Shown: positions 35,342-42,779 of the stretch, piece by piece
Layout of the letters: each line of letters opens with the position of its first letter
Numbering within the stretch: position 1 is the first letter of the stretch
Source of the DNA: Desulfobacteraceae bacterium UBA4064
Lineage (GTDB): Bacteria; Desulfobacterota; Desulfobacteria; Desulfobacterales; Desulfatirhabdiaceae
DNA: 49,694 nt
Assembly: GCA_002382065.1 (NCBI GenBank)
Contig: DFZE01000203.1
Location: 9,110 to 58,803 of the forward strand
Direction: 5' to 3'
Made by a program: the position numbers and the translations under genes
Notes under the pieces: generated by a model
The model's database searches: none
What the model was told of the DNA's origin: nothing
Seen by the model: only the letters and a program-made list of their open reading frames with translations

Positions 35342-36496
35342 ATGGAATTGTTGAAATCCAAAACCGAATGTATTCCACTGTATCCGCAAAAGTTTTCTGA
35401 AATCATCACGGAAAATGATGAAAAAAATTTTGCAAAGATAACATCCACCACTCTGTCACCGGAACAAATTGAACAGATTTTGACCCCCGCTGTCATTTAT
35501 CCCCGACAAAAAACCGTTCTGGCAGTCCACTGGCATCCCGAATTCATTCCACTGGATCTGATCGAAACGCGCATCCACAATATGTTCCCCAACTTGACCA
35601 CACAGTTGATCATTCCCACACAGCACAATGTCATGATGACGTTTCATGAATACGCCGGGGTGGAAGTGGATGCCTATTCCCGGGGATTCAACCAGAAAGT
35701 CCAGTTGTTGCTGCATTTCAATGCCAAAAAGGTGGAAACGGCACATGTGTTGAAATCCATGCTGGCATACACCCTGAAATATCGCCAGAACCAACTGAAC
35801 GAGTTCATTCACACCCTGATCAAACCCAATGAAGAACGAATTGGGCTGGCTGCAGAAGAAACCGGCGCAACAGAGGACTGTATCCGCTTTGTCCGGATTC
35901 AAATCCGCAAATTGCATGAACTGATCGAACGACATTTCGACCGATTGCCGACCGAGATGTTCAAAAACAAGCTGGTGCGGGATTTTCTGGATGAATACCG
36001 GCCGGAATATGGGGATGCCTGGATCAATCGGGCACAAACCTTTCTTCATGCCGTCAAGCAGATTGTCAAATCCAATTTTTCCATGCGGTATTTTTACAGG
36101 ACTTCCGAAATTATCGAGGAAGCGAGATCTCTGGGGGGCAGAATTGTGATCCCGCACCCGGAACAGTTCTGGCCCATTCTTCTGGCCGATTATGATGTGG
36201 ATGGATATGAGGTCTGGAATCCGCAGTCCCAACGATACACCGAATTTCTGATATCCGTCGTCAACCGGAAAAATGCTCAGGTGACTGAAAATCGTGAAAA
36301 ACTGCTGCTGTTCATGGGTGACGACACCCATATGAGTGAAAAGGTGAGAGACCCGAATAAACAGGATCGGGAAAAAGTCAGCCGTGAAATCGGTATTCAA
36401 CCGGCATGGGAGGATATGGACATCCGGAAAGCACTCATTACCGCCCACATGAATCGCAGGCTGGTGATTGAAGAATACAAAAACCGGTTGGGGTGA
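35342..36496 (+). CDS. hypothetical protein, possibly a PHP-like metal-dependent phosphoesterase
   Basis: Ordered His/Asp motifs AVHWHPEF, IVIPHPEQ, GYEVWNPQ and FMGDDTHM are reminiscent of PHP-domain motifs. Start set at ATG 35342, because the track extension lies in repeat copy 3. Confidence 0.4.
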   Translation: MELLKSKTECIPLYPQKFSEIITENDEKNFAKITSTTLSPEQIEQILTPAVIYPRQKTVLAVHWHPEFIPLDLIETRIHNMFPNLTTQLIIPTQHNVMMTFHEYAGVEVDAYSRGFNQKVQLLLHFNAKKVETAHVLKSMLAYTLKYRQNQLNEFIHTLIKPNEERIGLAAEETGATEDCIRFVRIQIRKLHELIERHFDRLPTEMFKNKLVRDFLDEYRPEYGDAWINRAQTFLHAVKQIVKSNFSMRYFYRTSEIIEEARSLGGRIVIPHPEQFWPILLADYDVDGYEVWNPQSQRYTEFLISVVNRKNAQVTENREKLLLFMGDDTHMSEKVRDPNKQDREKVSREIGIQPAWEDMDIRKALITAHMNRRLVIEEYKNRLG

Positions 36497-36663
36497 GTTT
36501 GGCGATGTGCCGGGAAGGCGGGCTGACTGACGGCCGAATGTATGAAATATGAATATGAAAATGGTAAAGGGGAAATGAGCAGCAGGAAGGCAACCCGACC
36601 GCCTGACACTGCCCACTGACCACTGACCACTGACCACTGATTTTCACGCTGAGGAGACATGAC

Positions 36664-36939
36664 ATGACAGACAACGAGAAATTCGATCATGAGTCCATCC
36701 AGGACCGACAAACCATCAGAAAGTACTTCAATTCATTGATTGAAGGGCTTGAAAACGGGCGAATCGTTTTTTCATCGGAAAAAGACAATGTGCTGTTAAC
36801 ACCGTCAGAGCTGATTCGGTTTTCGATTAAAACCAAAAAAAAGCCGGGGAAATCCAAACTCACCATCAAACTGGCATGGGATGATGCAGCCGTTATCACT
36901 TCAAGAGAAAAAAGCAATGCCATCCAGATCGCATCATGA
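36664..36939 (+). CDS. amphi-Trp domain protein
   Basis: QTIRKYFNSLIEGLENGRIVFSSEKDNVLLTPSELIRFSIKTKKKPGKSKLTIKLAWDD has the same helix/hairpin/Trp layout as 28339..28680. Confidence 0.6.
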   Translation: MTDNEKFDHESIQDRQTIRKYFNSLIEGLENGRIVFSSEKDNVLLTPSELIRFSIKTKKKPGKSKLTIKLAWDDAAVITSREKSNAIQIAS

Positions 36940-38587
36940 GGCTGCCTTAAAAATTGATGAGATACGGGAAAATTTCAAATTTCTCTGGATAGAGATATGC
37001 GGACAGATCAAATCAACCAGAGAGTTGTTTGATCATCCCGGTGCCCGGCTTTTCAATAAAATCTGTTCCCGGGATGATTATATCGACAATCTGAAGACTA
37101 CTGTTGAAAATGCCTGCTTTTCCCGTATTCACAGCCTTGAACCCCTTGACAGGGAAGAAATCAATACAATTCGCTCCATCCATATCATCTGTGTCAATCT
37201 GGAACGCATTGCCGATTTTTGTGTCAATATTGCCCGGCAACTGGAATATCTGTCCGATCCGGCATTCATGCACCGGTTTGATTACAATTCCATGATTCAG
37301 GAAATTGAGGAGAATATACGCACCATTTTTTCCGCGTTTGACGACAGAAGCCTCGTGGTCGCCTTAAAAATCTGCAAATCGGAATACCGGTTGGACCTGC
37401 TCTACAAAACGGAATTCGACCGTATCATGGTCGAACTGAATGAAGGTCAATCGGCCCAGAATCTGGTTACGGTCCTCTTTATTTTCCGGTATCTCGAACG
37501 GATCGGTGATTCGCTTCTCAATATCGGAGAGGCCCTTCTGTTTCTGGTTGTCGGTGAAAAAATCAAGATTCACCAGTTTGAAGCCCTTCAAAAAACACTG
37601 ACCGCGTCCGGTTACTCGGGCAAATTCTCGGAAATTGATTTCAAATCCATTTGGGGGTCTCGTTCCGGTTGCAGAATCAGCCTGATTGCACAAAAGGATG
37701 CATCCCGGAATAGATCCCAGGGAATCTTCAAGGAGGGGAATCTGAATAAAATCCAGCGGGAGAAGGATAATCTAACCCGATGGAACATCATTTACCCGGG
37801 GTTGACGCCCAGAATTTTCGGGTATCATGAGAATGACGAAACCGCATCGCTGTTGGTAGAATTTTTGCCCGGATGCACCATGGAAGAGGTTTTCCTGTCT
37901 GCCGGCACCGATATTGTTCAAAATGCCCTGTTTCTGATGGAACAGGTCATTTGGGATATCTGGGAACAGACCCGGATTCTGGAGCCCATCCCGGTCAATG
38001 CCATGCAGCAGTTGTCAAGCCGGCTGGAAGACACACGCCGGCTGCATCCAGACCTGTTGTGGTGCGAAAAGCAGTTGGGATCACTTTCAATTCCCTCCAC
38101 CATCAGGCTGATTCAGCAATGCGCCGGGATTGAAAGCGAAATCAGGGCGCCTTTTTCGGTTTTTTGCCACGGTGATTTCAACGCCAACAATCTGGTGTAT
38201 GATCATTCCACCCAGCGCATTCATTTTATCGATGTCTATCGGTCCCACCAGGGAGATTACATCGGTGATGCCGCTGTTTTTCTGGTCTCCAATTTCAGGT
38301 TGCCGGTGTTTGAAGTGTCGGTCCGCGAACGTCTGAATGAGGTGATCGCCCAGTTCCTGGATCTGGTTTTCCGGTTTGCCAAAACCCATGATGACACCAC
38401 CTTCCAGATTCGACTGGCTCTGGCGCTCAGTCGAAATTTTTATACCTCCATACGTTTTGAACACAATTCCGATTTTGCAAAGGAAATGGTTCTTCGGTCC
38501 CATTACCTGATGGAAAAAATCGTGAATCATTCATCCGCCGATTGGGCAGCCTTTTCGTTTCCGGAAGACATTCTGTTTTACGGATGA
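36917..38587 (+). CDS. PhoU-domain (two repeats) / aminoglycoside-phosphotransferase-like kinase fusion protein
   Basis: PhoU repeats VNLERIADFCVNIARQ and RYLERIGDSLLNIGEAL. Kinase catalytic loop FCHGDFNANNLVYD and IHFIDVYRS. The start could also be ATG 36881. Confidence 0.65.
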   Translation: MPSRSHHEAALKIDEIRENFKFLWIEICGQIKSTRELFDHPGARLFNKICSRDDYIDNLKTTVENACFSRIHSLEPLDREEINTIRSIHIICVNLERIADFCVNIARQLEYLSDPAFMHRFDYNSMIQEIEENIRTIFSAFDDRSLVVALKICKSEYRLDLLYKTEFDRIMVELNEGQSAQNLVTVLFIFRYLERIGDSLLNIGEALLFLVVGEKIKIHQFEALQKTLTASGYSGKFSEIDFKSIWGSRSGCRISLIAQKDASRNRSQGIFKEGNLNKIQREKDNLTRWNIIYPGLTPRIFGYHENDETASLLVEFLPGCTMEEVFLSAGTDIVQNALFLMEQVIWDIWEQTRILEPIPVNAMQQLSSRLEDTRRLHPDLLWCEKQLGSLSIPSTIRLIQQCAGIESEIRAPFSVFCHGDFNANNLVYDHSTQRIHFIDVYRSHQGDYIGDAAVFLVSNFRLPVFEVSVRERLNEVIAQFLDLVFRFAKTHDDTTFQIRLALALSRNFYTSIRFEHNSDFAKEMVLRSHYLMEKIVNHSSADWAAFSFPEDILFYG

Positions 38588-38740
38588 TGGCGGCGCATCA
38601 GGTGTTGAAACCGAGCCGGAACAGAAAATGTTTTGGGTTTTGAGTGTTGAGTTTTGGGTTGAAAGCAGTACATGTCATTTTCATATGTTTGGGTTAACAA
38701 TATGGAATGATTCATGATCGTTCACAGTAACACGCATTGC

Positions 38741-38799
38741 ATATAGCTTTTAAGATAAGACCGATAACACACCCAAAATCTTTATCTTGAAAGCTATAT
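38741..38799 (+). promoter_or_regulatory. long hairpin carrying 34-nt motif copy b, immediately upstream of the ATP-grasp gene
   Basis: ATATAGCTTTTAAGATAAGA pairs with TCTTTATCTTGAAAGCTATAT (about 19 bp, one bulge, one G-U) around the loop CCGATAACACACCCAAAA. The hairpin ends 18 nt before the ATG at 38818. Confidence 0.6.
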
Positions 38800-38817
38800 C
38801 ATGCAGCAAGGATCATT

Positions 38818-39693
38818 ATGCCTCACATAGCCGTTATTGGAAACTATGGCGGATGGTCATCCGAACACCTGGCAGATTGTGTCGCCAACGTTACCGGAAG
38901 ACGTCTGCTGGTGGATATGAACAGTGTCTGCCTGGATTTATCCCATGAAAAGGTCTGGTTTGAAGGCGTCGATCTGACCCGGCTGGATGCCGTCATCATC
39001 AAAAAGATCGGACCCTATTACTCCCCCCATCTTCTGGACCGTCTTGAAATTCTGCGTTTTCTGGAACACAAAGGCGTTCGTGTTTTTTCCCGTCCACTGA
39101 ATATCCTTCGGGTGCTTGACCGGCTCAGTTGCACCATCACGCTGCGCATGGCCGGCATTCCCATGCCGGAAACGGCCATCACGGAAGATACCAGTCATGC
39201 ACTCAGATTGATCCGGGATTTTCAGGAGGCAGTACTCAAACCACTTTACTCGACCAAAGCCAGGGGAATGCAGGTGGTTCGATATGATAAAGATGCACAT
39301 CTCGATGTGGAAATATTCAAACAGGACAATCCGATCATGTATATCCAGAAAAAACTGGATATCCGGGGAAAAGATTTGGGCATCGTGTTTCTGGGCGGGG
39401 AGTATGTCACCACATATGCCCGCTGTAACGACAGCGCATCCTGGAATACATCCACGGAAAATGGGGGCCGGTACATGGCCTATGACCCCGGCCCCGAAAC
39501 CATTGAAGTGGCCAGAAAGGCCCAGTCCCTTTTTGATCTCGATTTCACCAGTGTGGATGTGGTGGAAACGGAAGACGGGCCGCTGGTGTTCGAGGTCTCC
39601 GCATTCGGGGGATTCAAGGGCATGGAAATCGCCCGTAACATGGATGGCGCCAAACTGTATCTTGACTATGTGTTAAAAAGGATTGAATCATGA
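38818..39693 (+). CDS. RimK-like ATP-grasp ligase (GAK-system type)
   Basis: AVLKPLYSTKARGMQVV, YIQKKLDIRGKDLGIVFLGGEYV, FTSVDVVETEDGPLVFEVSAFGGFKG. Confidence 0.8.
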   Translation: MPHIAVIGNYGGWSSEHLADCVANVTGRRLLVDMNSVCLDLSHEKVWFEGVDLTRLDAVIIKKIGPYYSPHLLDRLEILRFLEHKGVRVFSRPLNILRVLDRLSCTITLRMAGIPMPETAITEDTSHALRLIRDFQEAVLKPLYSTKARGMQVVRYDKDAHLDVEIFKQDNPIMYIQKKLDIRGKDLGIVFLGGEYVTTYARCNDSASWNTSTENGGRYMAYDPGPETIEVARKAQSLFDLDFTSVDVVETEDGPLVFEVSAFGGFKGMEIARNMDGAKLYLDYVLKRIES

Positions 39694-40766
39694 TCGCAAA
39701 TGACTATATCCGGGAAAATCTGGCCAAACGAATCCGGTCCAACTACCCGGTTGAGGATGAGCTTAGGCTTCAGTTTGGCAATTGTCATATTCAGGTTCAG
39801 TCCAATTCCGAATCGGTCATAGCGGAGCTGAAAACCTATTTCAGTCCGTTTTTGGAGAGGCAGCCCGCGCCAGACTGTCTTGTCATTTCTGTGTTTCAGG
39901 CGGATGATTTTTCCGCGGATATTCCGTTTACGGAAAAAATGCCCGACCCCGGAAAATCCAAAATCAAGGAAGAATATGCCGATATCCCTGGCGGCCGAAT
40001 TGTCCGGAAACAATTGACCGGTATGGTGTTCATTTTTGGTGACACGGATCACATCGCCATCGGTCCGTGTATGGAGAATCTGAATCAGGTGGTCAATTTT
40101 ATCAATAACCGCTACATTGAATGGCTGATTTGTCGCGGTGGGATTCTGGGCCATGCCGCAGGCATTAGACTCCATGACAACGGAATCGCACTGGCCGGTT
40201 TTTCCGGCATGGGCAAATCCACACTGGCCCTGCATCTGGTCAGCAGAGGCGCAGACTTTGTCAGCAATGACCGCCTGATTCTGGAAAAGAGCGAAACCGG
40301 TATCCGGATGCATGGCGTTGCCAAACTGCCCCGCGTCAATCCGGGGACAATATTGCACAATCCGGATTTGAAGGGACTGTTGTCCGATGGTGAATATGAG
40401 CGTTTTTCGGCTTTGTCACAAGAGGATATCTGGAATCTGGAACACAAGTATGATGTGCCCATTGACCGCTTTTTTGGAGCCAACCGCTTTGTTTTGAGCT
40501 CGGAGATGGATGCCCTGGTCATCCTCAACTGGCAGAGAAATTCTCAACCTGCAGCCATGCGGCCTGTGGATATTGAACGTCGCAGGGACCTTTTGCCGGC
40601 TTTCATGAAATCCACCGGCCTCTTTTTTCTGCCAAAACGACCCGAACAAATCACCAACCCAACGGAATATGCCTACATCAATATGCTGAAGAAGCGTCCG
40701 GTGTTTGAAATCTCGGGCGGTGTGGATTTTGAGGCTGCGGCCAAATACCTGATTGGCAGAATTTGA
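39690..40766 (+). CDS. HprK-related P-loop kinase (GAK-system type)
   Basis: GIALAGFSGMGKSTLALHLVSRGADFVSNDRLIL matches the HPr kinase C-terminal P-loop region. ATGA overlap with the ATP-grasp gene. Confidence 0.7.
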   Translation: MIANDYIRENLAKRIRSNYPVEDELRLQFGNCHIQVQSNSESVIAELKTYFSPFLERQPAPDCLVISVFQADDFSADIPFTEKMPDPGKSKIKEEYADIPGGRIVRKQLTGMVFIFGDTDHIAIGPCMENLNQVVNFINNRYIEWLICRGGILGHAAGIRLHDNGIALAGFSGMGKSTLALHLVSRGADFVSNDRLILEKSETGIRMHGVAKLPRVNPGTILHNPDLKGLLSDGEYERFSALSQEDIWNLEHKYDVPIDRFFGANRFVLSSEMDALVILNWQRNSQPAAMRPVDIERRRDLLPAFMKSTGLFFLPKRPEQITNPTEYAYINMLKKRPVFEISGGVDFEAAAKYLIGRI

Positions 40767-40790
40767 AAGATCACATTTGAAATACCCTGT

Positions 40791-41981
40791 ATGCACCTGA
40801 ACATTCAAAAATCAGTAAAAATCCCGGACCGGGCCAGAATGGCCCTGTTTAAAAAATGTCCGGAACTGGGCCCCAAAATCCTGTTTTTCAGCGGCGGAAG
40901 CGCACTGAGAAAACTCTCTCAGGACCTGATTCATTACACCCACAATTCCATCCATATCATTACCCCGTTTGATTCGGGTGGCAGTTCCGCCACATTGAGA
41001 ACCGCCTTTGACATGCCGGCAGTGGGGGACATCCGAAACCGCCTCATGGCCCTGGCAGACCAGACGTTTCAGGGCAATCCCGAAGTTTACACCCTGTTTG
41101 CCCATCGGCTGCCCCAGCAGGCAAACCCCGTCGAACTGCGCGACACACTGGAAGCCATTATCAGCGGCAATCATGCGTTGATCCACGGCATTTCCCATCC
41201 CATGAGAAAAATCATCCGGCATCATCTGAATTTTTTTTACCAGAACATGCCGGAATCCTTTGATCTCCGGGGAGCCAGTATCGGAAATCTGGTTCTTGCC
41301 GGCGGATATTTCAGTTATGACAGACATCTCGATCCGGTCATTTACATTTACTCCAGCCTGGTTCAGGTACGGGGGACGGTGCGACCGGTTGTCAACACGC
41401 CGGTTCATATGGCGGCCAAACTGAAGACCGGAGAAATGGTTCTGGGGCAGCACCGGATCACCGGAAAGGATTGCCCGAATCCCGCAGACCGAATTGAAGA
41501 AATATATCTGACATCGAGCCTGAATCAATTCGATCCGGTGGATGTCGCCATCCGTGAAAAAATAACGGCGCTGATTCTGGATGCGGATGTGATCTGTTTT
41601 CCGATGGGCAGTTTTTTTTCCAGCATTCTGGTGAACGTTTTGCCCCGGGGCGTCGGCCGGGCGGTCAGGCAGAACCCCTGCCCCAAAATCTTTATCCCCA
41701 ACATGGGAAATGATCCCGAGCTGTTGGGATATTCCATCATGGAACAGATTCATATCCTCATCAGATATCTCCTGAAAGACTGTACCGACCAGTCACCCGC
41801 CCACCATGTCTTGACCCATATCCTGATTGACCGGTCTCACAGGGATTATCCAACAGCTCCGGAAACTGAAACCCTGGCCCGGAAAAGTATTCAAATTCTG
41901 GGCATGGACCTGGTTCATCCGGATGATGCATCGATCATCGATGAAAAAAAGCTGATCCCGATTCTTTTGTCTCTGGCATAG
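40791..41981 (+). CDS. CofD/YvcK-like (2-phospho-L-lactate transferase superfamily) protein (GAK-system type)
   Basis: KILFFSGGSALRKLSQDL and IITPFDSGGSSATLR correspond to the two N-terminal CofD/YvcK signature stretches. Confidence 0.75.
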   Translation: MHLNIQKSVKIPDRARMALFKKCPELGPKILFFSGGSALRKLSQDLIHYTHNSIHIITPFDSGGSSATLRTAFDMPAVGDIRNRLMALADQTFQGNPEVYTLFAHRLPQQANPVELRDTLEAIISGNHALIHGISHPMRKIIRHHLNFFYQNMPESFDLRGASIGNLVLAGGYFSYDRHLDPVIYIYSSLVQVRGTVRPVVNTPVHMAAKLKTGEMVLGQHRITGKDCPNPADRIEEIYLTSSLNQFDPVDVAIREKITALILDADVICFPMGSFFSSILVNVLPRGVGRAVRQNPCPKIFIPNMGNDPELLGYSIMEQIHILIRYLLKDCTDQSPAHHVLTHILIDRSHRDYPTAPETETLARKSIQILGMDLVHPDDASIIDEKKLIPILLSLA

Positions 41982-42025
41982 CGGCATGGGTTGCACAGCC
42001 ACCCACCTGATTCATCCTTTATCCC

Positions 42026-42172
42026 CATCTCAAGTGCCTGTTCATGTCCGGCAACACCGCGAACGTCATTGCCCACCACGGCATCCTGGATGAAGGCGTC
42101 AACTTCATCCAGAAACTGTTCTCAAAGGACGAGTTGACTGTCAAAGTGCGGGATGTACTGGAGCGAGATTAA
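42026..42172 (+). pseudogene. orphan C-terminal tail of a response-regulator receiver domain
   Basis: Translates HLKCLFMSGNTANVIAHHGILDEGVNFIQKLFSKDELTVKVRDVLERD*. This matches the common receiver ending (kvlfmSGyt...g..fiqKPfs..eL...vr.vL). There is no start codon, and an in-frame TGA lies at 42008. Confidence 0.55.
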
Positions 42173-42293
42173 GGGAACTGATGTTCGAAACACGATACAG
42201 GATAAAGACAAAGAAAAGCATAGGATTGGATAGGGTATTGTTTTTCAGAAATTAAATTTCCGCTTTTGACGGGATTCAGGATGTGCTTTTTGA

Positions 42294-42368
42294 CCCCCAC
42301 CCCGACCCTCCCCCGCTGGGAGAGGGAAACACCGGCTCCTCCCCCAGCGGGGGGAGGTTGGGAGGGGG
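42294..42368. repeat. GC-rich imperfect palindromic (REP-like) element
   Basis: CCCCCACCCCGACCCTCCCCCGCTGGGAGAGGG ... CTCCTCCCCCAGCGGGGGGAGGTTGGGAGGGGG are inverted arms. Confidence 0.6.
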
Positions 42369-42779
42369 ATATGGTCAGCAAAACAGATGAAAAGCTAAAG
42401 CTGAAATTATGAATACCCTGATAGAAGAGATGAACCAGATGGGTCTATCACGGAACGGGAAACCGGTACGTATTCGAATCGGATCACGATCAAGGCCTTG
42501 AAATTTGGGGTGACAATTTTTTTGTAACATTTGTGGTTTTGTAACGCTGGCAGGGAACACTGATGTGATCTTTTGACAGTACTCAGGGTTCATTTTGCCT
42601 GCACACATGGCCTGATTTTCACGCAGTTAAAGCGATAACCAGGTCTATAGGGCGCGCCATTTTTAAAAGGCTGTAAGGAGCCTGTCTAACGAAAAAATTA
42701 ATATGATTTAAATTTTTCCGGGATAGGCTGAATAAAATACGGGTGAGACCTAAAAATAATTCTTTCGAAAGGGGAATTC

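Noticed and set aside
36397-36711. ORFs across the CACTGAC tandem repeat (e.g. ...SGQWSVVSGQW...), and the idea that the short tandem repeats in the window are a CRISPR array.
   Set aside because: The units are 7 nt and directly adjacent, with no spacers. There are no cas genes, and the translation periodicity is an artefact of the repeat.
42169-42381. The 70-aa minus-strand ORF (..SQRGRVGVGV..) downstream of the CofD-like gene.
   Set aside because: It is the translation of a GC-rich palindromic REP-like element. The same region reads open in several frames.
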